35,825 nt of DNA from a virus (lineage: Duplodnaviria; Caudoviricetes): positions 1 through 35,825 of IMG/VR virus record IMGVR_UViG_3300026848_000012. One strand, written 5' to 3'. Below, one piece after another: positions 25,757 to 34,474 of this stretch. The first letter of the stretch is position 1. Each line of letters starts with the position of its first letter. The position numbers were made by a program, and so were the translations under genes. Under the pieces are notes generated by a model. The model was not told where the DNA came from. It worked only from the letters and a program-made list of their open reading frames with translations, and ran no database searches.

Positions 25757-26474
25757 AAAAGGGCGGCAAATCAAAGCGCTTGTTGCTAGTAAATTCCAGG
25801 CCCCATCGTTCTATTATCACCTGCATGAAGGCGGCCATGTGGCTGCTATTCAATCGCATATTGATGATCGATATTTCCTAAATGTAGACATTAAGAATTT
25901 CTTCGGGGTGATCAATCGAAGTAGGATCACTCGCTCACTGAAAAAACGTTTTCCCTATGCTCAGGCCAGAGAGATCACCGTTCAATCTACCGTGCGAGTG
26001 GTCGGTGAAAGCCGGTATGAATATCACCTTCCCTATGGCTACCCGCAGTCCACGATTCTGGCGTCGATATGCTTAGTCGATAGCGCTTTAGGCAGGTATC
26101 TAAACTCCCTTTCAAACCAATGCAACGTCAGTGTGTACGTTGACGACATCATAATCTCTGGTAACGACCCAGATGAGCTGCAACAAATCAGTGATACGCT
26201 CGCAGAGAAGTCCGAAGTGTCGCGGCTTTTTTTTGGTCGACAGAAAGCCCATCAAGTATCCGAGACAATTACAGCGTTCAACATTGAGCTTTCCCAACAT
26301 AAAACAAAAATTACGCATCAGCGTTACAGCCAACTCCTGCAGCAAGCATTACTAGCTGACAATGAAAGTGTCATAAATGGAGTACTAGGCTATGTGCGCT
26401 CAGTTAATCGAGAGCAGCATATAGAAATGCACAAAGAGTTATTTACATTAGGCCATATAAAAGCGCCCGCGTAG
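25680..26474 (+). CDS. Compact reverse transcriptase, retron-like
   Basis: FLNVDIKNFF (motif A), LPYGYPQS (motif B), YVDD (catalytic), HVAAIQSH (region-X-like), C-terminal GVLGYVRSVN; 264 aa. Confidence 0.9.
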   Translation: MTLPWKDRFEVKPGRWVYIPTQETLEKGRQIKALVASKFQAPSFYYHLHEGGHVAAIQSHIDDRYFLNVDIKNFFGVINRSRITRSLKKRFPYAQAREITVQSTVRVVGESRYEYHLPYGYPQSTILASICLVDSALGRYLNSLSNQCNVSVYVDDIIISGNDPDELQQISDTLAEKSEVSRLFFGRQKAHQVSETITAFNIELSQHKTKITHQRYSQLLQQALLADNESVINGVLGYVRSVNREQHIEMHKELFTLGHIKAPA

Positions 26475-26495
26475 GATGTCTATGCGGGCGCTTTT
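26459..26495. terminator. Bidirectional intrinsic terminator
   Basis: AAAAGCGCCCGCGTAG-gatgt-CTATGCGGGCGCTTTT between convergent genes. Confidence 0.85.
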
Positions 26496-26516
26496 GCTAT
26501 CGAAGATAAGAAACTA

Positions 26517-26867
26517 TTATGCCGCGCAATACCGTACTTGTTGCACTACCACACCACGAACCATCCTCGCCGTGGCCATCAGTCCATTACCCCCATTAGG
26601 CGGCAACAGCCGATACCGGGATCCTACACGAAACGTTTTATACAGGTGAAGAGCATCATCCATCTCCACAACCACGAGATCGTCATGGCCTAGGCTTTGC
26701 GATTCATCCACCACCAGCACATCGCCCTCGATCACGGTGCCATGAACACCAGCCTCTGGCCCGACCTCAACGGCAAAGCAGTTAGGGGAATAGCCATCAC
26801 AGTCGATCCCCAACAACGCTGGATGATCAATGCCAATGGCCAGGGGGCCAAGGTAAGATAAACGCAT
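26517..26867 (-). CDS. Degenerate S24/UmuD-like domain protein
   Basis: FAVEV, IEGDVLVVD, DLVVV, VRGVV pattern, but GPEA where GDSM is expected. Confidence 0.6.
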   Translation of the reverse strand: MRLSYLGPLAIGIDHPALLGIDCDGYSPNCFAVEVGPEAGVHGTVIEGDVLVVDESQSLGHDDLVVVEMDDALHLYKTFRVGSRYRLLPPNGGNGLMATARMVRGVVVQQVRYCAA

Positions 26868-26875
26868 TGCTCACC

Positions 26876-27715
26876 TCAGCTCCGCACGGCTTCACTTTCG
26901 ATGACATAATTTATGAAAGCACTGCAAACAATTAGCATATAGCGAGCATCAGAATACTTAAGCTTACTCTCATTCATATCGAGCATAGCATGCCGAATTC
27001 CATCCTCGTGGCTGGTATAACCATAAAGTGCGTCGTAAGCCCTGGTAATGCTGGGCGGAAGATCTTTATCACGGCCAAGGGTTTTGATGAGTTTTCCAAG
27101 CGTTCCTTTTTCATCTCCAGTGACAGTTTTCACTAGAGACTCGACAGCACAAATCGACTCTTTGATGGAGTTTCTGAAATCCCGAGAATTGCGGTCAGAC
27201 ATGAGCTGAAGTGCTATTTTCAAATGGTACCGGACGCTTGAAAATTGGTCAGGAACCGTAAGAGAAGATTCAATTTCTTCAATTTCAGCATCAGATACTA
27301 CGGGGGAAATAACTCCCGCCACAAACCGATAGCCTGAGTTCTCTCTTGCCAAAACCTCATTCACCGACTTATAGAAATTATTTTGCAGGTCAGTGCCATG
27401 GCCGCACCACTCCCCAATGAACTCGACAAGATCATACACCTTCATCCAGCCTTCGCTCAGAAACCAATACTTAATAAAGTCAGGAGTTACCCCTCCAGCT
27501 TCATCAACAGGCCTCTTAGCAAAATAAAACATGAAGTCAGTAAAAAACTCCTCAGCTTTTTTATTATTACTCAAAATAACAAAAGGGTTTAAATTTTTAA
27601 ATATTAAGAGATAAGACACACTCCACAGAGATGACCTGAGCTCTTGGTTCATATCATCGATCTGCAGAACCTTAGTTTCTCCCCCGTCCATCATTCTCTC
27701 TGAAAAACGACTCAT
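26876..27715 (-). CDS. AbiJ-NTD4-like domain plus HEPN-like C-terminus, candidate anti-phage protein
   Basis: FSER, LRSSLW, W..VYDLVEF, GYRFV, NSIKESICAVES, LYGYTS..DGIRHA, CSAFINY; AT-rich. Confidence 0.75.
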   Translation of the reverse strand: MSRFSERMMDGGETKVLQIDDMNQELRSSLWSVSYLLIFKNLNPFVILSNNKKAEEFFTDFMFYFAKRPVDEAGGVTPDFIKYWFLSEGWMKVYDLVEFIGEWCGHGTDLQNNFYKSVNEVLARENSGYRFVAGVISPVVSDAEIEEIESSLTVPDQFSSVRYHLKIALQLMSDRNSRDFRNSIKESICAVESLVKTVTGDEKGTLGKLIKTLGRDKDLPPSITRAYDALYGYTSHEDGIRHAMLDMNESKLKYSDARYMLIVCSAFINYVIESEAVRS

Positions 27716-27737
27716 ACCGTTCCCTTTTAGCTATTGA

Positions 27738-28100
27738 TCACAAGTATTGTTCAGCAGTATCAATCAGTTTTTCAGCCGCCTCACAGCTTGAGAGCGCATC
27801 CGGTACACATGACAGGCAACGGCGCAGGTCAATGGCCGCCATATCCAGGTTGGACTTAGAAACGCTATAGGGCAGGGCCGCAATACGCGTGCGTAGAGCC
27901 TCGGATTGTGGCTGATGCTCATCCATCATGGCCATGCACTGCGCAACATCTTCAGAACGGCTAGATGCACTCAGCTCGGCCATCTCAAAGCCGGTCAACA
28001 CCAAGCTGTTTGCCTCATCTATCAGCACCTCTGGAGAGTCAGCAAACGCTGGCAAAGAAAAAAAGCTAGTCACTGCTAATGAAACCAACAACTTATACAT
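27738..28100 (-). CDS. Exported small protein, four Cys
   Basis: Signal peptide MYKLLVSLAVTSFFSLPAFA; GGAG RBS; just downstream of cI. Confidence 0.75.
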   Translation of the reverse strand: MYKLLVSLAVTSFFSLPAFADSPEVLIDEANSLVLTGFEMAELSASSRSEDVAQCMAMMDEHQPQSEALRTRIAALPYSVSKSNLDMAAIDLRRCLSCVPDALSSCEAAEKLIDTAEQYL

Positions 28101-28130
28101 TCCCTTACTCCCTGTCGTTTTTTAATACCC

Positions 28131-28874
28131 CTAAAGCACCTGCCCCAGGTTCACCAAGCACCGGCCCAAAATCTCCACAAACTGCTTTTGCTCCGGTGCT
28201 ATCAGCTCTTTGTCGTAACGCGGGTTATCGCTGATCAACAACCAGCCCCCGCCCGCCACGCGCTGCATTCTTTTTATCCGGCGCTCGCCATCCATCAAAA
28301 TCAGGTAGACGCCTTCACGGCTCGGGTCACGCTGTGTGAAGTCCACGAACACGTAATCGCCGTCGTCGATCGTGCCCACCATCGAATCACCGCGCGCCCG
28401 TACCCATGCCCCGGAATCAGCGGGCAATTTCAGCTCTGCCAAAACGGCACGATCCATATGGAAGTAGCCCAGTACCTTTTCATCGGCGAAATCCCGCCCG
28501 CTACCCGCGGCACACTCCACGTCATACATCGGGATTGAGGCGACGGTAGGATCATTTAAACGCTGATCAAGGTAGCTCAACGGGTCTTCTAGGCTTGAAG
28601 CCAGGTTATTTTCACTTGAATTAAATTGCTCAGAACTTCCATCTGAAAACGAATCACTCGAATGAAAGCCATCCGAGCGTGAACCTGAAAAAAGGTAATT
28701 AACGTCTACACCAAGCGCTCTCAATTTTTGAAGATAGTAGGCGTCAGGCGCTCTCTTATCGGTTTCATAGTTGTATTGAGCCACTTTTTTGACGCCGCCA
28801 GCCTCCCCGAATGCCTCCTGAGACATCCCAAGCCTAACCCTTTCTTCTTTCAGTCGACTGCCGAAGCTATTCAC
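28131..28874 (-). CDS. cI: CI-like repressor (XRE HTH plus S24 peptidase)
   Basis: RLKEER..LGMSQ..F HTH; AAG cleavage site; GDSM catalytic Ser; IKR catalytic Lys. Confidence 0.93.
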   Translation of the reverse strand: MNSFGSRLKEERVRLGMSQEAFGEAGGVKKVAQYNYETDKRAPDAYYLQKLRALGVDVNYLFSGSRSDGFHSSDSFSDGSSEQFNSSENNLASSLEDPLSYLDQRLNDPTVASIPMYDVECAAGSGRDFADEKVLGYFHMDRAVLAELKLPADSGAWVRARGDSMVGTIDDGDYVFVDFTQRDPSREGVYLILMDGERRIKRMQRVAGGGWLLISDNPRYDKELIAPEQKQFVEILGRCLVNLGQVL

Positions 28875-28925
28875 GTAAAGATCCTTTTAGGAGTTGACGA
28901 ATTCACGTTTGTGAATCATCATTCT
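28869..28925. promoter_or_regulatory. Lysis/lysogeny switch: early promoter and operator
   Basis: TTGACG at 28894-28899; palindrome ATTCAC-gttt-GTGAAT at 28901-28916; second ATTCACGT at 28869-28876 over the cI start. Confidence 0.7.
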
Positions 28926-28969
28926 CGTATGTATACAGACCGATAAGACCTATAGAGGAAGCCTAACCC

Positions 28970-29182
28970 ATGACGCTAGTGAACGCCACGAAGGCCACTC
29001 ATGCGAGTCCATCGCCTTCCAATAACAAAACCACGCAGGTGCTTGTACGTGTCACCCCGAAAGTTCGCGCCGAGCTAGAAAGCATCGCTGAAATTGAGCA
29101 GCGCTCTTTGTCTGCGGCAACTCGAATCATGATCGAGCGCGGTATTGACCAGTACAAATCCGACTCACTCATCGCCGATTAA
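28970..29182 (+). CDS. Small DNA-binding protein (ribbon-helix-helix-like) in Cro/Cox position
   Basis: VLVRVT strand, then helices RAELESIAEIEQRSLSAATRIMI; GAGG RBS. Confidence 0.7.
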   Translation: MTLVNATKATHASPSPSNNKTTQVLVRVTPKVRAELESIAEIEQRSLSAATRIMIERGIDQYKSDSLIAD

Positions 29183-29210
29183 CCCCACTCATTGCATAAG
29201 GAAAGCCCCT

Positions 29211-29405
29211 ATGTATCAGGACACTAAGCGCCTACGCACCAAGAAAAGCGTTTACCTGGATGAGTACGAAGACGCTGTTATTACCGCGCTGGCCAATCTC
29301 TACGGCATCAGCAAAGCAGCGCTCATGCGGGAAATGATGATGACCCAAGCCCGCGAGCTGGTCGGCGTCGGCAATATCAACAGTGTGGGTCAGCGTGCGG
29401 GGTAA
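29211..29405 (+). CDS. Small early protein, RHH-like
   Basis: AAGGA RBS, MYQD..R, VYLDEYE, KAALMREM. Confidence 0.65.
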   Translation: MYQDTKRLRTKKSVYLDEYEDAVITALANLYGISKAALMREMMMTQARELVGVGNINSVGQRAG

Positions 29406-29450
29406 ATCTGCCCCCTGCTTCACCCCTTCTTCCACCCCTGCAAAAGGTGA

Positions 29451-29654
29451 GTGATGCGACGTGACCGTAAGACCGACATCGATATAGACCCCGATTTCGC
29501 AAAAGTGCTGGAGCTTGTGTGCGAGCAGGAAGGCTTCAGCTCGCATGAGGCGGCAATGGAATATCTGGTTACCCGTGGGATTCGTGAAGGTGGTCAGAAA
29601 ATAACTGGTAGAGGCCGCGCTTTGTACGACGTAAAGAGAGGGCCAAGTGACTGA
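29451..29654 (+). CDS. Hypothetical early protein
   Basis: ORF in the early operon, coupled to the next gene. Confidence 0.55.
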   Translation: MMRRDRKTDIDIDPDFAKVLELVCEQEGFSSHEAAMEYLVTRGIREGGQKITGRGRALYDVKRGPSD

Positions 29655-29976
29655 GACAAACGAAGAGGAAGTGCTTGAGTTCAGTCGGCTCCGGCTCGAC
29701 TGCCCTCACTGCGGTAGCTACATGAAAGTGCGAACTTCGAAGACGCACATTCCTGAGCTCCGCGAGCTGTACCTGTACTGCACCAACGAATTCAAGTGTG
29801 GGTACCGCTGCAAAGGGCGCGTCAGCATCGATGAGACGCTCGTACCGAGCCACTGCCCAAATCCAGACGTCAACATCCGCCCTTCTAACTGGCTGCTCGG
29901 AAAAATGGCCTTAGAAGCGCAGGGACAAATACGCCTGGCTGGGTTTAAGCCAACAGAGAAGGAACCGAAGCCATGA
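29647..29976 (+). CDS. ogr: Ogr/Delta-family zinc-finger late activator
   Basis: CPHCG....VRTS, RELYLYCTN..CG, PS..PNP. Confidence 0.9.
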   Translation: MTETNEEEVLEFSRLRLDCPHCGSYMKVRTSKTHIPELRELYLYCTNEFKCGYRCKGRVSIDETLVPSHCPNPDVNIRPSNWLLGKMALEAQGQIRLAGFKPTEKEPKP

Positions 29977-30350
29977 ACGTACTACCGATCAATTCAGCAA
30001 AATCTCCGTTCGATCTCGCCACCGAAATTCTATGGCGTCACCGCTGGAGAAGCCGCACCGAGGCGCTGCGCAACACCATTGGATGGATGGTAAGCGACTA
30101 CGGAATCAGCGAAGCCACCGCCGAAGTAGCGGCCATTCAAGCCTATGCCGACCTCGACAGCACCAATGAATCAGCACGCATTGACGTAGACGCTACCACC
30201 TCACACGTAGTCGTTTTCCGCGACGACAGCGGCCGTCCGGTGATGCTCACCGCCCGCGACCTCAGCCGCATGATTCAGCAAGCCCGCGACGCTGGCCTCG
30301 CCCGCGTAGTGGATGCCGACACCCGCCGCCCCATCGTTCTGGAACACTGA
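29973..30350 (+). CDS. Hypothetical early protein
   Basis: ATGA-coupled ORF. Confidence 0.65.
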   Translation: MNVLPINSAKSPFDLATEILWRHRWRSRTEALRNTIGWMVSDYGISEATAEVAAIQAYADLDSTNESARIDVDATTSHVVVFRDDSGRPVMLTARDLSRMIQQARDAGLARVVDADTRRPIVLEH

Positions 30351-30359
30351 GGTTCGCCC

Positions 30360-30767
30360 ATGGCCACCGTGACCCCGTTACCCGCTCGCCAGACCCCGCC
30401 GCGCGTTCATCCCGACCGCGCAGGCTTCGGCGCACTGCGCGCCGAGCTACACCAGCGCGCCGCCGATCAAGACCTTGTCAGCGTGTGGGCAGATCTCCCC
30501 TTTGCTGAGCGTCGCCTAGTGCTGAAAAGTGCCGGCCTTTCTGTCGATGCCACTCAGCAAATCAGCCAGCTCACCAAAGCCGAACGCGCTGCCGTGCGCG
30601 CGGCTATCCACCGTATGAGCGAATACGCCAGCGGCCTGAAAGACCAGCTACGCAACCGTAAGCACCCCAGCGCAGAGCTGGCCAGCCACGCCCGCCAAGC
30701 CATCGCGGAAGGCAACACCAAAGCGGCGCTTCACTGGCTCAGCCTGATCGAAAAGGGGGTCGCATGA
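30360..30767 (+). CDS. Hypothetical early protein
   Basis: GAGG RBS, operon context. Confidence 0.65.
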   Translation: MATVTPLPARQTPPRVHPDRAGFGALRAELHQRAADQDLVSVWADLPFAERRLVLKSAGLSVDATQQISQLTKAERAAVRAAIHRMSEYASGLKDQLRNRKHPSAELASHARQAIAEGNTKAALHWLSLIEKGVA

Positions 30768-31030
30768 ACGTGAATAAAGTCATGCTTGGGCTCTATGAAG
30801 CGCACGCGCAACTGAAAAGCCTCGCCGCTGAACTGCAAGTACAACCGACGCAGAACAGCCAAATGGCGGGTGAAGAGCTAACGCGTGAGGTAGAAAAACT
30901 TGGCTGCCAGCTAAGCCAAATCGAAGGCGTTTTAGGCGATAACGATCTTGCTATCGCCGCTACGCTGGCGGCCGCGCTCTGCGAAACGCCGCCGCGCGTC
31001 ATCGGTGTGGTTCACGAGGTAAAAGCGTGA
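30764..31030 (+). CDS. Hypothetical coiled-coil protein
   Basis: ATGA-coupled, overlaps the start of A. Confidence 0.6.
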   Translation: MNVNKVMLGLYEAHAQLKSLAAELQVQPTQNSQMAGEELTREVEKLGCQLSQIEGVLGDNDLAIAATLAAALCETPPRVIGVVHEVKA

Positions 31031-33330
31031 GCGCGTTAGCCCTAGCCTTTCAACACAGCTCTGGCACCAAGGATTGCTACATCTTCCTGCAGGCGCACTT
31101 CGAGCGCTTGCCGTCGTTGGCGCAGAAGCTGGCCGAGGGATACGTTCATGTATCCAAGCGACATGGCCACGCGGCGGCTAACCGGTGGCTACGCCGCCAC
31201 GCGCAGGATCTGATAGATCCAGCCAGCCTCTATCACCGCTTTTCGGCCATCGCCGAGGATTTAGAGCGTGGCTTCAACGCTCTGGTGAAGCGTGCCTCCA
31301 CCACCATTGAAGGCCTGAAAACCGCCTGCGCTTGGCTGACCAGCGTTCAGGATCGCTTAGTGGTACACGGCCTGAACGTGACGCACGACGATGAAGCGGT
31401 AATCAACCACGCCCAAGCACAAGCCACGGCGCTGGAACGCGAGCGCAGCAAGCTGATCGGGGGCATCGCCGAGCATAACCGCCGCCTGCGCCTGGGCTTG
31501 CTGCCGCCCCCGCTCAACCTGAAAACGCCTAAGGCGCGCACCCTCTCGGGCCAGTCGCGTGAGATAGCGCTGCAAATCGCCAATTCACGCAACCCGTTAA
31601 GCCCGCCCCTGGGCATCATTCCATTGATGGCAGTGTTCCGGTGGCACCGCGCCCCGGTCATGAGCTTAGCCGTCGTCAATGAAATGGCGCTCGAAAAGGC
31701 CCGCCACCGCGCGCGCCTGCATGGCCTGAACCCGCCTAGCCTCAAGCTGAAAAGCGGCGTGCAGCTCGCCAAACTCACCGACCCCATTTGGTGGCGTCGG
31801 CAGTTGCGCCGCTTGGGCGGCCGTCGGTTGGAGCAAGTGCAGCGCGAGGCACATCGTGTGCACAAACGCGCGGGCATTTACTGCAGCAACGTCACCCTCG
31901 ACCGCCGCCGCGCTCAGAAGAACCGCAACCGCGCGTTGCTGGAAGCGCTGGAAGCCATCAACCAGGAAGGCCAGGTCTACACACTGGCCGAACTGGCCGA
32001 GCTGGGCTTATCCAACCCCGACCACCGCCGCGCGGAATTGATGCTGCGCATCAGTGACACCGAGGCGGAATCACGCCGTATGGGTCACGTCGGCATGTTC
32101 TACACCATCACCGCGCCCAGCCGTTTCCATCCGGTGATATCTGAGAACAGCGTGAGCAACCCGAAGTACGACGGCAGCACGCCCCGCGAAGCGCAGGCTT
32201 ATTTGCAGCAGGTGTGGGCACGCATTCGTGCAGCGTTGGCCCGGGAGAACCTGGGCATTTACGGCATTCGCGTAGTGGAGCCGCACCACGACGGCACCCC
32301 GCATTGGCACCTGTTGATCTGGATGAAGCGCGAAGACACCCAGCGAATCAACCAGATCATGCAAAGCCACGCCGAAGCCGACACGCCCGAAGAGCTTTAC
32401 GACCGCCGTGGCCGCAAAACCACCGCCCGGTTCAAGGTGGAGCGCATCAACTACGCGAAAGGCACTGCCGCTGGCTACGTGGCCAAGTACATCTCGAAAA
32501 ACATCAACGGCGAGCAGTTCACCCGCGAAGGCGTGGCCAACGACGACAAAGACCGTTATGGCCACGAACTCACCAGCGTGGCGCCGCGCATTGAATCCTG
32601 GGCAGCGGTGTGGGGCATTCGCCAGTTTCAGTTCGTGGGGCTGCCCAGCGTTACCGTGTGGCGTGAAGTGCGCCGCCTGAACGAAAAGCACATCGATGAG
32701 CTGGCCGCCTGGGAAGCCGCTACCCGCCCAGAGCGCCGCGTGGCGGATCGCCTGCACCAGATCCGCAAAGCCGCCAACGCAGGCCAGTGGGACCAATTCT
32801 TACGTTTGATGGGTGGCCCCAACCTGCCCCGCAAACAGCGCCCGATTAAACCCTGGACGATGCCCCGCGTGGATCTCCAGCAAGCCGAGTTCAGCCACGC
32901 CACCGGCGAAGTGCGCCAAGGCGTCGAAGCCAAAGGCCGCCACGGCGAAAACAAGCTGGGCACCTTCGGCATCGTCGTCTCCGACGGCCGAGGCAACGAA
33001 CACGAATACCTGACCCGCTTTTATAAGTGGCAAGTGCGCAGTAAAGCGCAGCGCCACCAGGGGGTTTCGGGAGGAGGCGAAGCCGAGTCCCCTTGGACTC
33101 GTGTCACTAACTGTACGCAGGGGCCAGATATCCAGCCCCGCGAGCCTTCCCCAGCGGAGCGAGAAGCCCAGCTCGAACGCCTTAAAGCGTGGCAGAGCTC
33201 AGAAATTTACCGAGTAGAGCGCGATGCCGAGTACGAAGACGCCATCGCCGCCCGAGAAGCCGCGCGAAACCTCTTCGCGCCGCCCACCCCTACCCCGCAG
33301 GAAGAGTACTTCCCGCCTGAATTGTGCTGA
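31027..33330 (+). CDS. A: Rolling-circle replication initiator gpA (HUH endonuclease)
   Basis: NPDHRRAELM, FYTITAPSRFH, VVEPHHDGTPHWH, GYVAKYISKNI (YxxxY), WGIRQFQF. Confidence 0.95.
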   Translation: MSALALAFQHSSGTKDCYIFLQAHFERLPSLAQKLAEGYVHVSKRHGHAAANRWLRRHAQDLIDPASLYHRFSAIAEDLERGFNALVKRASTTIEGLKTACAWLTSVQDRLVVHGLNVTHDDEAVINHAQAQATALERERSKLIGGIAEHNRRLRLGLLPPPLNLKTPKARTLSGQSREIALQIANSRNPLSPPLGIIPLMAVFRWHRAPVMSLAVVNEMALEKARHRARLHGLNPPSLKLKSGVQLAKLTDPIWWRRQLRRLGGRRLEQVQREAHRVHKRAGIYCSNVTLDRRRAQKNRNRALLEALEAINQEGQVYTLAELAELGLSNPDHRRAELMLRISDTEAESRRMGHVGMFYTITAPSRFHPVISENSVSNPKYDGSTPREAQAYLQQVWARIRAALARENLGIYGIRVVEPHHDGTPHWHLLIWMKREDTQRINQIMQSHAEADTPEELYDRRGRKTTARFKVERINYAKGTAAGYVAKYISKNINGEQFTREGVANDDKDRYGHELTSVAPRIESWAAVWGIRQFQFVGLPSVTVWREVRRLNEKHIDELAAWEAATRPERRVADRLHQIRKAANAGQWDQFLRLMGGPNLPRKQRPIKPWTMPRVDLQQAEFSHATGEVRQGVEAKGRHGENKLGTFGIVVSDGRGNEHEYLTRFYKWQVRSKAQRHQGVSGGGEAESPWTRVTNCTQGPDIQPREPSPAEREAQLERLKAWQSSEIYRVERDAEYEDAIAAREAARNLFAPPTPTPQEEYFPPELC
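33084..33116 (+). other. Putative replication origin inside gene A
   Basis: CCCTTGGACTCGTGTCACTAACTGTAC resembles the P2-family ori; hairpin CGAGTCC-cctt-GGACTCG at 33084-33101. Confidence 0.75.
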
Positions 33331-33344
33331 AAGGAGCATTAGCC

Positions 33345-33542
33345 GTGCATAAAGCTAGCCCAACTGAGATGCGAAAAGCCTTTTTGGTGGCCAGAGCCTA
33401 TACCGACATGGGAATCCAGTTCGTGCCTATGCCGGTGTTTAGCGAAGAGGAGAAAAACGCGCGCATTAAAGAGGCTGATGAGCGCCTGGAGAAAGAAGCT
33501 ACGCGCCTGGAAGAAGAGGAGTCCGCAAACGATGGCCGATAA
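33345..33542 (+). CDS. Small phage protein, DUF1382-like
   Basis: ASPTEMRK and GIQFVPMPV; AAGGAG RBS before GTG 33345. Confidence 0.6.
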   Translation: MHKASPTEMRKAFLVARAYTDMGIQFVPMPVFSEEEKNARIKEADERLEKEATRLEEEESANDGR

Positions 33543-33747
33543 CGCCGACCGCGCCGCGGTCACCATTCAACAAAGCCTGGAGGCTACTCTGGCCAACCGC
33601 GCCCGGCTCGCCATCCAAGCCGCCAACGATGAGTGCATCGATTGTGGCGACGAGATCCCAAGCGCCCGCCGTGAAGCTGCGCCTTGGGCCACTACCTGCA
33701 TCGGGTGCCAAGGCATTCGTGAAATGAAACACAAGCAAGGACGATAA
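33532..33747 (+). CDS. TraR/DksA C4 zinc-finger protein
   Basis: MADNADRA, CIDCG..IP.ARR.A.P....CIGCQ; GAGGAG RBS. Confidence 0.9.
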   Translation: MADNADRAAVTIQQSLEATLANRARLAIQAANDECIDCGDEIPSARREAAPWATTCIGCQGIREMKHKQGR

Positions 33748-33749
33748 CC

Positions 33750-34190
33750 ATGGCTATTGATATCAAGTGGGTGCAGGAAAACCCGTTAGAAGCTGCGCAA
33801 CAACTGGAGCTGCTCAGCGTATTACGAGATGCCTACCGTGCCGGAGAGGAAAAAGAAGCCAGTATCAAAGAAGAGATACAGGCACATGCGGCAGACCTAG
33901 AGAATTACGCTGAATCGGTCACTCAGGCAGCTAGCGAAGCCTTGGACGCATACCGCAGGGTATTTGGTGAGAGCAGTTATAACCAAGTGGATAGGCAGGC
34001 GTTTACAAAGCTTGGGACCGTGCTGGCCAGCGTGCCTCGCACGGATCAGGCGCGCCAGTATTTGATCGAGCAAGCGGAGTCACTGGAATTAAGCGCCAAT
34101 TCGCTGGAGAAAGGCGACCACGGAACAGCCGCGCTTGAAGCCCGCCTTCGCGCCAAGTGGCTTCGACAAAAGGCCAAAGGGGTGGATTGA
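33750..34190 (+). CDS. Hypothetical helical protein
   Basis: 146-aa ORF, AAGGA RBS. Confidence 0.65.
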   Translation: MAIDIKWVQENPLEAAQQLELLSVLRDAYRAGEEKEASIKEEIQAHAADLENYAESVTQAASEALDAYRRVFGESSYNQVDRQAFTKLGTVLASVPRTDQARQYLIEQAESLELSANSLEKGDHGTAALEARLRAKWLRQKAKGVD

Positions 34191-34474
34191 TGGTGCAACA
34201 TGCAAAGGGCGGCACCTACGCCCGCCAAGCCGCAATGCTATGCAAAGACAAAGCGTTTCAGCTCTACCTGGATCGCCGCCGCCGGTACAAGCACCAACTA
34301 AACGAAAACCAGTTACCTGACGGCACCCACACCGCCGAAGATGCGCGCGACTGGCTGTGTGCTGCCTGTAAAATTAACAGCCGCGCCGAGCTGGATAGCA
34401 AGCCAACCGCATGCCAAACGTTCCGCATGATTCGCAACCGCTTCAACCGCTGGCGGGCAAGGAATAAGTCATGA
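34190..34474 (+). CDS. Hypothetical phage protein
   Basis: AAMLC....FQ.YL, ARDWLC..C.I.SRAELD; TGATG coupling. Confidence 0.65.
   Translation: MVQHAKGGTYARQAAMLCKDKAFQLYLDRRRRYKHQLNENQLPDGTHTAEDARDWLCAACKINSRAELDSKPTACQTFRMIRNRFNRWRARNKS

Noticed and set aside
25680-26474. RT as part of a diversity-generating retroelement or group II intron
   Set aside because: No TR/VR pair with adenine-specific mismatches seen, no avd-like gene, no GxxxSQ motif, no maturase domain or intron-sized RNA
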